Below, in pieces: positions 26,860-39,355 of a stretch of 64,000 nt of DNA. The notes beneath the pieces are model-generated. The model saw only the letters and a list, made by a program, of their open reading frames with translations. It did not search any database and was not told where the DNA came from. This DNA is from Massalongia carnosa (lineage: Eukaryota): the NCBI GenBank assembly GCA_965645245.1, contig OZ287078.1, forward strand, positions 1,364,001-1,428,000, in the 5' to 3' direction. Within the stretch, counting starts at the first letter, position 1. Every line of letters starts with the position of its first letter. A program made the translations under genes and the position numbers.

Positions 26860-29175
26860 TGAGTACCTATATATATGTTCCTTACCTCTCAACCCGTTCC
26901 TTTCTTTCCACCTTTCTATCACCATCCAAACCAACCCTCAAACAGACTCTTGGTCCCCAATTTAATGGGTGGTGGATGGGGTGAGTAATTGGATGCGTTG
27001 GGTATACATAGATAGGACGTCGGAAAGGATGTAGGGGGGTTGCGATGGGATGAATCGATGCCTGGGTTGGGTTGGGTTGGGGTAAGTTTATACCTTTTAT
27101 ATAGTGGCTATTCGTTGCTTTTTTCTAACCGGCTTTTTGAATATTGTTGATCTGGCTGAGTGTTTAACTATTTTTTTGAGTCTTTGAGTACTTGAGTATT
27201 TGAATGTTTCATTGTCTGATTGTCCAGCTAGAATTCAAGGATTCGGGGTTTCTACGTTCATTAATAATTGGCCGCCACCATCGTCGTCATTGTTATTACT
27301 AATTACTCGTCCATTCATCCCAAGTAAATACCCTTTCGTGTTTTCCAAAACCCCCCTCCGCCTTCCCAATTTGCACGCACCACTCAAACCACTCACCCCC
27401 CTCTTTTTTTCCCCAATCGCCCCAACCCTTCCGATCCATTCTCGGCTAGCTGGCTAGTTGGTAGAGAGGAGGAACGATCTCTATCTTCCCAGGTGTTTTT
27501 TATTTAAACGCTGAGCACAGTGTAGTTTGAGTGTAGAAGCGGTGGCTTTCGATTTCCCCTCTATGCGTTTTTTGTGGAGGGGGGCAGAAGGGAGTATGGA
27601 GTATTAGGGGAAAGGGGGGACTAGTGGTTAGAAGGAGGAGGGTTTATGTATCTAACACGTATGCTCAAAAAGTGATATCGTCCATTCGCTGCATATTTAA
27701 AAGCGGTTATTTCCCTCTGCCATTTAGTCAGTCAGTCAGTCATTCATTAAATCTAAACCATCAGTCAGAGCATAAACAAACACATTCCCCATGTTAATAT
27801 AAACCGTTTTCTTTCCACGTCTCCTCCCCTTTCTTTCCATTCCTTTCCCTTCCTTCCCCAGCCCCAATTCGCGACGAATAGAAACGCGAGACTTTGAGGA
27901 AGGGCGGACTTCGGGATTTCGGAATAGCTAACCAGGGAATCCCCGATCTTTGCTTTGGGTTGGGGTTGGGGTTGAAGTTGGAGCTAAGTAGTGGGACAGC
28001 TAGTTTAGTTGGCATTCTCGTTTTTGGAAGGGGGGTTTTTTTTAAAAAAAAAAAAAGAAATCGGTATGCGTTGGTAGGTAGGTATTCATGATTTTTTAAG
28101 CCAAAAAGAGGGGGAGGGGGGGGAGGGATACTTTAGGGGTAGGATTATGGCTTTTGTTGTAATTGGGGGGCGGGGGAGGAGAAAAGAGAAAGAGAGGGAG
28201 ATGAACAAAGTAACATGACACTTTGTGCGTAGCATCCATCCAATCTTTTCTCTTTTTCGTCCTGTTCTCTATACGAATGCGGACGAAGGGAAAAGGAATG
28301 TCTGAATATGTGAACTCGGTTATTTGATGAACGAAAAGAAAGCAACCTGTTATCATCATCAAAACCCCTTTCTTCTTTTCTCTCCCTCCCATCTCATCCG
28401 TTCCGCTTCTCCTCTCCTTCGGATACCCCCCCCCCCCCCCAACCTCCTATCCCCCATCCTTCCCTCTCTCCCTCCTAACTCAGCAGGTACCCAAGCAAGA
28501 GGTCTAGAGAGTCCGCGGGTGAGCGCAAAACGTACATACATATACATACAGACAAGAAAAACACACAGACAGTGCAATGATCTTGGGATGCTGGGAAGGT
28601 GGTTCGTTCGTTGGATGGATGGCTGGCTGGCTGACTGATTGATATATTGGGCCATGACATGGGCGATAATGGCATGTATATAGCGGGTTGTAGCGGTATG
28701 TAAAGGGACGAATGGATGGATAGGTGTGTTTTCAAGCTTCTAAACGCTCGGTCACGGGGAATAGGTTGGGTTGGGTTGGTAGATGAAAAGCAGAGTAGAA
28801 GATCAGAGTTTAAAGACTAAGGATTAAAGATAGGGAATAACAAGCAAATAAGAAAAGCAAGAAAAGGACGACCAAAAAAACCGAGAGAAAAAAAAACAAG
28901 CATCAATCGACCCATCGCTCCTCTCCCCAAACTCCAGGTCAAAGCACCCAGACTTTTGCATTGACTGCTTTACAGGCTCGTATAAAGATCAAAAGCACAC
29001 CCCAAACCACAGAGATACTGACCTAATTAACTATAACGTCTACAGCGTCCGTGCTTGTCCCCGAAGAAGCTGGATGATTGGGTTGGGCTTATTTTTATGT
29101 ACAGGAAAAAGGGGGATGAGAAGAAGAAGTAAAAAAAATAAGACAAATTGCTAGCTCCCTGGCCCCCCCCCCCCG
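26860..29175. repeat. Low-complexity/SSR-rich intergenic tract
   Basis: (GGGTT)n at ~27064 and ~28764, (AGTC)n at ~27726, A/T runs at ~28036-28056, C15 at 28426-28440, (GGAT)/(GGCT) at ~28612. Confidence 0.75.
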
Positions 29176-29194
29176 AACGGAAGAAGCGACCTGG

Positions 29195-32100
29195 TCAGAT
29201 GGCCCATTCGCTCTGATCGTCCGAGTCGGTGACAAAGGGTTGGTCGATAAGCTTGATGGCGAGGTCGCCGCAGAGGATGCTAGGGTCGTGGTAGCGAAGT
29301 TAGTGAGACTATCGATTTCATGCCGTTTTGCCAAATTTCGAAACTCGCCTAGGCCAACCCACACCATTCCTTTGAACCAAAAAAAGGGTGGAAACCGACT
29401 CACCATGCCTGCGCAACCAAAGCGTCTAACTCCCGAGCCTCCTTCTCCCTCTTCCCTCCCCTCCCAATGCTCGCCTGCAACTCCCGGATCCGTCCTCGCA
29501 CCGTCAACCCGCTCCCTTCCAGCACCTTGCGGCCGAGACAATCGCTATGAAAGCCATGCTGACAGCTAGGAAAGACGAAAAACTGCCGGCTCAGGAGCGG
29601 CAGCTCGCACACCCTGCAGCGTTCGCCCGGCTCGACGATCGCGTACCGGCGATCCAGCGCCTTGATGTCCCGCCGCACGGACTCGGCCGTCGCGGCCGAG
29701 GCGTCCATTTCTGCGTCGAGGGCGGCGATCGACCGGGAGTAGGACTCCAGCGCGGCGCAGATCTCGTCCTTGAAGTCATCGATGACGACGAAGTCCGGGA
29801 AAAACGGGATCAGGTCTTCAATGCGGAGCAATTCGCAGCGCTTGAGGAAATCGATGGCGGTCTTGATGGAGCCGACGCCCTGCTGGGCGATGACCTTGCG
29901 GGCGACGGCGAGCCAGAGCTTCTTGCGCAGCGCTTGGTCGGTGCTGGACGAGGGTCGGTCGGCGACGGCGGCGGCGAGGTCGATCTCGTCGTGTTTGAGG
30001 GCGAGCGCGACGGCGGACGCGTATTCACCCATGGACGAGTAGATGTGCACGGCGGATTGAACGCGGGAGTGTTGGATGCACAGGCGGAAGGCAAAGTCGA
30101 CGTCATAGGCGGGGGTGGTGGCGAGGGATTGGGCGGAGAGATAGGACAGGAGGGCGGATTCGGAAGGGGAGGGGTCGGAGGCGTAGATGGAGATGAGGGT
30201 ATTGTGGATGGCGGCGTCGGTGGAGCGGAGTTGATTGATGCAGAAGTTGAGGTACCGGGCCGCTTGGTTTTGAGCCAAGGGGACGGGGTTACCTTGGTTG
30301 TAGTTGAGGAGGGCGGGGATCAAGTTGCGAGGGTTCAAGTCGGGGTGACGCATCAGTATGTCGACGAGTTCCGTGGCAGCGTGCGCCATGAGCACGCTGC
30401 TGTATTTGTAGAAAATGGCAGGGTCAGTTTGTTGCTTGAGCACGTCCAACGATTCTTGCCATCGTTCTCGTTGGACCCAGTACGAGAGAACGTAGTTGGA
30501 GTCGTTGATGGCGGTCGCATACAACAACAGTTCGTGTTCGCGGCCATGGCTGCTGATGATTTCGTACGTGGTGTTGCGGTCCAAATCGGCCTTGTACCTG
30601 ACCACAAAGTCCTCAAACTCCTTTCGCACCACAGTCAGCTCGTCTCGGGTGTTGGCTGTGTTAGCTTTCTCCGTCAGCTGGGCTTTCGTTGTGATCGTAT
30701 CGTCGAGGCCGTTCAGCTTTGACATGAAGATTTCAATCAGCCAACTGGCAATCATCATTCGTTGCATAATGGAAGTTTTTTTATACGTTCCCAGCTTGGT
30801 CAATAGGTATTTCCGCAGAGCGTCTTGCTCGCCGTGGTCTATAAAAGTCAACGCCACCTGCTCAAACGATCTGGTGCTCTTTCCGTACACCACTGCAGCC
30901 TCAAGAAACTGCCCTTTGCCAATCAGATAATCCCCCGAGGCCGCGGCAACCGCGTCTTTCTGGGCGGCCGATCGGGCATAACGAGAAGCCATGTCAAACT
31001 GCTGCCCTTCCAGCATAATCTCCCACACGTCACGATCTTCGTCCGTCACCACGATTTCGTATATTTGTCGTGTGGTGAACAGCCAAAACGTATTCTTCTT
31101 CTGATCCGATAACAGAGAGAGAGCACGTTCGCCGGGCTCGAGTACCACCTGATCATACGTGATACGCCCATTGAGCCTCTGCACCGCAACGATCCTGCCT
31201 TCCACGAAACACAGAATATGCCATTGGGAGAGGGCGACTTCCGCAATGGGTTCCGCCGTGGGTTTTTTGCGGCCGCCTTCACTCGGAGCGGCGGGGATTT
31301 TCCATCTCGGAAACATTTTTGACTCGTTGAATATGCTGCTGCCTAAATCGGAGGAACCCGACTGCGTCTGGAGCTTTCCATAAAACACGCCCTGCGAAGA
31401 TAGCCAAGCAAAAATCCGCTCCCCATCCACCGCCTCGACCGTGGGCACTTCCGAGGAATCGGGAGACACCGCTAAAGCAGACGGCGCGGGCCGTGAGCCT
31501 TGTGGCTCATCATGTACGGTTGGGGCTTCGGATTCGAACAGTTTGCTGAAGATGGAGCCGGAGCTTTCCGTGCCATGTCGTCCTATCCGCCCGACGAAGT
31601 GCAACAGTTTCCCCGGCGTCGCGACCACAATCCTCCGTATGTCCGGCCTCCCTGGCAAGAGATCCACCCACAGGCCTGCCACCGGCCCATCTTGACATTT
31701 GTACACCGCTTTCAAATACTTGTCTTCTCTTCGATAAAACTCGCTGGAGGGTTCCACATAGACTTCATACAGATTGCCATCCACGGCGCCCAGCAGGATT
31801 TCCCGGGTGGAGGCTGTCGGGAGGGACGGGTTCCACGCGATGCTCTCGATGCCCACCCCCTTCAAGCGTGCGAGCGCTTTGGGTTGCTTCGACTGGGCGT
31901 GGAGGTAGAAATTCTCGCCCAAGGTGGTGTTGATGATCAAGTGGGAGGCCGATGGGTCCAAGAACATGCGGCGGATCAAGCCCACCTCGGTAGATTTCTT
32001 GGGCAAGTCGATGTCTGTAGGGCAGAGCAATGTTAACTAGGATGATGGCTCAACCTGTCGACGAGCCACAAACCGTCGATATCTCCCGGGTTGTCCAGAT

Positions 32101-32266
32101 CAATCCGCAGAATCCGCCCGGTCGAAAGGGCCAATACCAGGACATTGTTGGCCACTTGGGCCGCGACGAAATCGGACGAGATGGCAAACTGTAGCTGCAC
32201 GCGTTCAATGTTGAAGATCGGAAGAGAGGCATCGGGGACGTCGTGCATAGTGCTGGACGTCATCAT
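29195..32266 (-). CDS. VPS18: HOPS/CORVET subunit Pep3/Vps18, 3 exons
   Basis: N-terminal propeller (RMFLDPSASHLII), clathrin-repeat solenoid, LRKKLWL, IEDLIPFFPDFVVIDDFKDEIC, RING CRVC..CQHGFHSDC..CILC. Introns ~32073-32016 and ~29403-29281; TGA at 29197-29195. Confidence 0.95.
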
Positions 32267-32413
32267 GAATGTTACATGTTCGTTTGTTTAGAGCGTATAG
32301 GGCGTATTGCTTTCCACGACGAGCCGACGTGAAATGAAAAAGAAATTGGGGGCAGACGAGGGATTAAACAATCATCCAATCAGAGGACGTGTGCATATAT
32401 TTTTAACTCCGTT

Positions 32414-32444
32414 TACCGAGTATCTACCGAGTATTTACCGAGTA
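32414..32444. repeat. Three tandem TACCGAGTA units (11-bp period) in the VPS18/STE11 divergent intergenic region
   Basis: taccgagtatc taccgagtatt taccgagta read directly. Confidence 0.8.
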
Positions 32445-34729
32445 GCCACCTTCTGCAAGGCAGGTCCTTTGTCATCACACATGATGACAAAGGCACTTCG
32501 ACTGGTGTCATGTACAAATGGAGTGGACCGATCACGAGATGATTGATCACGAGACTCGATCTGGAAGACGAGACATCACACAAGAAAGGTGGCAAGGCAC
32601 TTGATAAGTCTCATGCAGAGTACAGTTGCTCATCGTACGATCAAGCTTTTATGCTTTTCAAGCTCATGGTTTCAATTTACAGAGTACGCACCTGAGCGTG
32701 CCCAAATTTGGTAAGATTTGCGGATTGGCCAGGGCCAGACAGATTGACTTCCAGAGTACACGCAACACCGCATCCGCTGACTGGCTGTCTCAAATCCCCG
32801 GATCGTTGGTTCTTTCACCCAATCCCATCACGCTCTGGACCATGACCGATGTGAGACGTTGCGCACTCGCTCTGTGCCTTTAGTGATGACAAGCTGAAGC
32901 CGGACCGGTTGGTTTCATCGTACGAGCAGCATGGCACTTTCAAGACACTTGATTACTCATGTTAATCTGGCGAAGTGCTGTTCACGTCGAAGAATGGACG
33001 ATGGGGTCGTACGGAGTAAGGATTCAGCTGGTGGTGGCAATCATAGGCATTTCCGCCATCTTCGCCATCTCCGCCGTTTCAGCTCCATTCATTCGCTTCT
33101 CGCAATGGAGCTATTGGTGGCTGAGGATTGCCGCAGATTGATTGATGGAATCCCTACTCGGTACGGATCTTTCTTTATCCACGATTCGATCCGTACTCTG
33201 TACCGGGTATTTTTCTACGGAGTACTCTGTACGGAGTACATAGTTCAGACCAGATGGACAAAGGACTCGAGGCTAAATACCGCATCTCACCGTTAGTGCT
33301 GTCTCTATACGGAGAGAGTGGTTAATTACAGAGTACCTCATAGGCCCACACACACCCTTTGACGCTTTCATGTCCGGGAACAGAGGTAGAAGGACAGAAG
33401 GGCAGAAGGGCAAAATGACAAGAGGGCAAGAGGGCAAGAGGCATGAAAGGACGACAAGCAAAACAAGAGGCGTTTGATCGTCGTCGCTAGTGGCAAGGCT
33501 AGTGTAGCATTCCCGTGTAATAATAGATAGCGTCCCGACGGAACACCGTATGACAGTGGAAGAGTGTAATGATGGATGTCTTGGCAGGCTAATGTTTCAT
33601 CGGATCCGATCAGATATCCTCTCTGGAAAGACAAAAAGACGAGGAGGAGATAAACAGCACCCAAAGACCATCAGAGAACCGAAGGGCTTGACGACTGGTG
33701 ACTGGTGATTGGTGCAACTGTGGATTTGTGACGTGTGTTATCATCGCCATCACTCGGCCCTTGTGTACCATACCATACCTATTCCGATCCGTATATGGTA
33801 CTTGTTCAATACCCGAGTACATAACTAACAAATCCGTCGGACTGCTGAAAAGTCTTCCAACCTGAATCGCTCGTTCGAACCCACGCTCGCTCGAACGCAT
33901 AGACACACTCAGCTGTCTCGCGCTTACGCTGTACGAGTAGTGAGGTAGAAAAAGAGTAAAGAGTAGTTGCAGAGCACGCTGCACAGATCGCATAATCTCG
34001 CCCCATTCACTGCATGATGGTTTTCGATAATAATTCACACTCACTCCGGGAATGATAGAAGCCTTCACATTGCCTGACGGACCACCATCCACGTACCAGA
34101 ACAAGCCCATGAGCCGAACGCGTCCTGCCTACCGCCTACGCACGCAAAGAGTCAAAGGGGATTAGGACAGAAAAAGACCGAAAAAGACTGCCTTAGTGCG
34201 GTTCCGCTGCTCTCGACCTTTCCTTTTCTTCTGGTCGCTAGTCGCCGCCTCATCACCCATTCGAAAGGTTTTCTTGGTGTCCGCTTTCATCACTTAACAA
34301 CTCCCTCGTTTCAAGCCGTAAGAGTAGCGTTCGACCCATCGTGTGTGCTCGGGAAGCACAACGTCATTTGGCCGGCCGTGACAGAGAAAATTCGTCTCGT
34401 TTCGTAGATCGTGTCTTGTCGCTTCTGACAACTGAGTTGGGAACATTCACCGACCGTTGCGGTGGTACTTCAACTAGCCATTACCCACCTTCGCCCATCG
34501 TCAACCTTCACCGCGAGCATTCCCCTTCAGTGGAATCCAGCGTCGTTCACAAATTGACACAGCAGGGTCACCGTCAGGATCACCATCGGGATTGTTGGCG
34601 GCTCACGTGGACTGGAACCGTTGTCGCTACACCACTCCACTATCGCGAGCCTCGGCAGACTTTGGGTTCGGTGAATGGTGCATTTTCGCCACTGGTTGAC
34701 ACGGGGAGAGCGTTGAAAAAGGATTATAG

Positions 34730-37678
34730 ATGGCGGTGCTTGCTTCCAAAGCGACGTATCCGTCGTCGATGGGGATGGGATCCAGTCAGCCGCCTTCGGC
34801 AGGCCAGTTTTCTGCGACAGTCTCCAGTCGGAGGATACCAACGGCAGGAGTCTCGCATCATGCTCCATTTGCAAGCCCGACCGAGTCTGAGTTTTCCGAA
34901 GGGTTTGAAGGACCGGATTCAGTCCGGTAAGCGTTCCTCGCGTGGTTAGGCTTCTCCGGTGTCAACAATTAGCGTGCAGAATGGGTTGCGGTGGACTGGA
35001 CTTTCACTGACTTGGTGTGGCATAGATCCTGGGATGAGCGACGAGTGGGCGAGTGGTTGCGAGACATAAACTGCGCTCAGTACGAGCAACTTTTCAAAGG
35101 TAAGTCAGCTCTATGACCCGACATAGCTTGGATCGACGCCTGCGTCCCGCACCTCTCTGGTCCTTCCCTCGGAGCTCCAATCATCTTACTGACTTGGAAT
35201 CTAGTCAACAATGTCACCGGCAGCAACTTAATCGAATGCGACCAAGCGGTCTTGAAGGAGATGGGGATCAAAAAGATTGGCGATCGGGTGCGCATCTTTG
35301 TGGCCATCAAACAGCTGAGAACTAGGGCGATCGGGAATCATAAAAAGCGGACACGAGACTCCATCGCCGCGTTGGATAACGGTCCCCGCAACACTTCATA
35401 CACGCCGTCGTCTTCCGGCTCTCCGTGGCAATCCAGTACTGCCAGGCTAGTGGATAACCGGCGTAGATCTCGCATCATCGAATCCTCCGCCCTCGACCCG
35501 TACTATTTGTCCACCACAGGTCCACGGCCCAGCTCGCCGCTTGCCGACACCGACGGGAGGGGTTACCGTGCGAAGCCCTACGGCGGAATGAGCCCAATCG
35601 AAAGCCCTCGGAAAGATCTACAGCTCAGCCACCCGTCATCGGCCAACACGACTTCGGGTCGACATCCGGGGACACCCAACCGTCAAAACCCCGGCATGGA
35701 CACCACCACGGTCGGAAAATTGACGCACCACATTCGGGTCATCTACAACAGCGGGCAGACCAAGGTGCTGGACATCAAGGGCTGCAACTCGCCGGACCAG
35801 ATTATGCTCAGCGTCCTGAAGAAGCTGGGCCTGAACGAACAACACTCGAGGAGCTATTGCTTCTACACGCTGAGCGGAACCAACCCGGATCCCGCCAATT
35901 GCTACCGTCTCTCCGACGCAGATCTCGTGCGGGTTTGCCGAGATACCGGTGGGAGCGATCGAGGGAGATTAATCCTCCGGAAAATCCATGCGGGCGAGCC
36001 CAACGAAGAAGAACTGCGCAAGGCCGCCAGCATCCCGGTGGACGAGACCATGGCCATGAATAGCAAATCCAGCCGTAAGTTGCAGAAACTCGCGGGTGAA
36101 TCATGGGAAACCATAAGTAATCCCTTATCCCCAGCTCCCTACCAGCTTCCCCGCACCGTCGGCGAACGACAACGAAGCGGTAGCTCGGCGGCGCAGGACT
36201 TTGATGGCCCCGATCGCGCCGACTCCCGACGAGCGCCACAGCCCCGGATCAGGACGTTTGCGGGCGGCCGGCCTCCGAGCGAATTGATCAGCCAAGAACT
36301 GACCACCTATTTCCCCGATCATCAAAAGGAGACCATTGAAAGAACCGTTCGCATGTCCATGCGACGGTCGGCGAGATTGAGCAAGGCGGCAAGTCGAATC
36401 AGCATGGCAAGCAACATCAGCTTCGCTTCCAGCCTGAAGGATGCTCCACCGCTTCCTAACATTGCGGATGCATGGTTGACCGGAGTCTCCCAAGCGCGGG
36501 GGCCTCGGCCCTTGTCGGTGTCGAGGTTTGCCTTGTCGCAGTCGGCATATCGTGACTCGATCGCGTCGACATTGCTACAGCCGTTGCAAGAGGAGTCTCC
36601 CCTGGAACCGGATCGGAAGTCGTATGTCTCGTTCGAAAGCGATTCGCAGCCACCGACTCAGGGGGCCGCTGATGGTGAGACACAATCTGTCCATAGTTAT
36701 TTCGAAGAGTCGGGGAGCAGCGGGCCTACCACCGACGCCGGAGGTTCCCTCAACGACCACCTAAGTCATGCCATTGCGGAAGATGGCGAAGAACCGGATG
36801 AAGAGCTGGACTCCTTCTTGAAAGGCGATTCGTGGGACAACGTCAAATGGATGCAAGGCGCTCTCATCGGCCAAGGCTCGTTCGGCAGCGTGTTCCTCGC
36901 CCTTCATGCTGTCACAGGGGAGTTGATGGCCGTCAAACAAGTCGAGGTCCCGTCCAACAGCAACAGCATCCTCGACAAGAGAAAGGAAAGCATGGTCGCC
37001 GCGCTGAAGCGGGAGATTGACCTCCTTCGCGACCTTCAGCATGAGAACATTGTGCAGTACCTTGGCTCGAACTCCGACGACCAGCATTTCAACATCTTCC
37101 TTGAATACGTTCCCGGTGGCTCCGTTGCGGCGATGCTGACGTCCTACGGGCAGCTTCAAGAGCCGTTGATTCGTAACTTTGTTCGCCAGATTCTGACGGG
37201 TCTGTCGTACCTCCATGGTCGAGACATTATCCATCGCGACATTAAAGGCGCCAACGTGCTCGTCGATAACAAAGGCTCCATCAAGATCTCGGATTTTGGC
37301 ATTTCTAAACGCGTCGAGGCTTCGGCCCTTCTCCAACCTGCCAAGAACGGCGGTCACATCCACCGCCCCTCGTTGCAGGGGTCCGTCTTTTGGATGGCGC
37401 CCGAGGTCGTCAAGCAAACCTCGTATACTCGCAAAGCCGACATCTGGTCCCTGGGCTGTCTGATTGTGGAGATGTTTACTGGCACGCACCCCTTCCCGAA
37501 CTGCTCGCAATTGCAAGCGATCTTTCAAATCGGGAATTCTTCCGCCAAACCCACCACCCCTGAGAATGCCAGCGCAGAAGGCCAGGCATTTCTGGCCCAG
37601 ACGTTCAAGATTGACCACGAGAAAAGGCCCAGCGCTGACGAGCTCTTGCTTAGTCCGTTTTTGAAACAAATTGCTTGA
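34730..37678 (+). CDS. STE11: MAP kinase kinase kinase Ste11/SteC, 3 exons
   Basis: FASPTESEFS, SAM domain (WDERRVGEWL..LKEMGIKKIGDRVRI), Ras-association domain, RPPSELIS, kinase GQGSFG/AVKQV/HRDIKGAN/DFG/SLQGSVFWMAPE. Introns ~34927-35026 and ~35100-35204. Confidence 0.96.
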
Positions 37679-38359
37679 TTTCTGTTTGCTTTGCGCACAG
37701 CTGATCACTTGTTTGTTGGTTTCCAACCGCCCTCTTGTGTTTATGCTCCTGGTCGCGGGAGTTGTCTGCGCTACAAAAAACAGGCGTCGTCTCGGTATTT
37801 TTAGGGGGCAGACAGAGGCGATTGTATTTTTATACGATTATCATGAGATTAATTGCCCGGGCGTCGTTGAGACGGACGACGCACCTGCGGTCCAAGGGAA
37901 GCTGACTGTCATCTACGAAAGATTGGCAGAGATGAAACGGAAACGTCTTGAGATTGAAATACCAAATTTGGTTGCTCTGTTTTGTGCGCTCTTGTTTCTT
38001 TGATATCTATTGCTGCGGTGATGCTGGAGGAAGGCAGGAGTTACGTTTGAGATCTGGCAATCGTGTGGGTTTGACATGCTAGTCGTGGTTGAAGCCGGGG
38101 TGGAAAAGAGGCAAGCGATTGATTGGTCAATGGGAGGAGAAAATGGGCTATGACAGACGAGGGAACGACGATATCGCGGTGGTGGTAGTTCAGGGCACTG
38201 GAGCCAGACACTAGACATTCGGCAGCACAGCGGAAAGAAGCGAGGGGGAAAGCAGTAGCGGCCTGATAGCGATGAACGCTGAGCGCGGGAACAAAATGTA
38301 TATATTTTGACCTTTGCAACGCTAGGTATGTGACCAAAAGATGTTTGCCTCCTCCTTTC

Positions 38360-39340
38360 CTCAATATATGTATGTCTATCTGTCTGTCTGTATATTTACC
38401 TATCTCTCAAATTCGTTCATCCTCGCACTGACTGACTGAATCAATGAATCAACGAGTGGAATCCCGCGCTTCTATCTGTTTTTCAGGCAGTTTATATTAC
38501 GTATGTATCTATCCGAAATCGACTTTTTCTATTTTTTTGGGGGTATAAATAAGTAGCACTCTTTTACCCCCCCCCTCAGCCCCTTTCTTTTCCTTTTTCC
38601 ACAGGACCCATTCTTTAGATTTCCTAACAGGAGCTTATAATCCCCCCCCCCCCCCCCCCTCAACGCCTATAGCCTACATTATCTATAGCGTCCTGCTCAC
38701 ATTCGGAACCTCGTAGCCGTCCACCTAGCTAGCCAGCCAGCAAGCCAGAGAGAGGGAAGGAGAGATAGAGGAACAGGGGAACAGGGGAATAGAGAGATGA
38801 AGAAAGAAAGAGAGGGGGGGAACTAAGGAAATAAAGTAAGGAGAGAAGACAAAAGGAGAAGAAAAAAAAACAGAAAGGAAGAAACAACAACTGATAAAAA
38901 AGGACAGAAAACCCATCCCACAGGGGAAGGCCAGGAAAGCCGGGGGGTTGAGTCTGGTCTGGTTTTGAGTAGGGAAGATTTACGGTACATAAGCCGGGGA
39001 GTAAGGATATCTTTGAATGAAAGTAAAGGGTAAAGTAAGAGAAAGGGAAATAGTGGAGAGGACCGAAAGAGAGAGCGAGTTCGTTTTTCCAGGGTTGAAG
39101 GATTTAGACGTGGAGATTTGTGGAAAAAAAGTGGGGTGGAGAGGAACGGACCCGAACTAGGCCCCAGTACCTGATGCTATGCTCTGGAACTTTTACCCTT
39201 TGCTTGTCTATGTACTTGCATATCTCCCTGTTATACGGGGTATACATACATCCAACCCCTCTCCCCTATTGGCCAAAGCCCATTAGACATACCTATCTAA
39301 CCATCCTCTCCCTTGATTCCTTCCATCCTTCCCCCTTTCA
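38360..39340. repeat. Low-complexity tract between convergent STE11 and MRPL7
   Basis: C-run at ~38642-38659, (TCTG)n, (CTGA)n, long purine tract ~38745-38910. Confidence 0.7.
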
Positions 39341-39355
39341 ATCAAAGAGGGTCCG

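Noticed and set aside
29547..30722. 391-aa + strand ORF antisense to VPS18
   Set aside because: Shadow ORF caused by extreme GC3 codon bias of VPS18; no recognisable motifs.
32414..33445. Short tandem repeats considered as a CRISPR-like array
   Set aside because: Eukaryotic context, 8-11 bp units without unique spacers, no cas genes.
34341..34949. 202-aa ORF overlapping the STE11 start
   Set aside because: GTG start, out of frame with STE11 exon 1, no protein-like features.
36761..37726. 321-aa - strand ORF antisense to the STE11 kinase domain
   Set aside because: Antisense shadow of a GC-rich conserved CDS.
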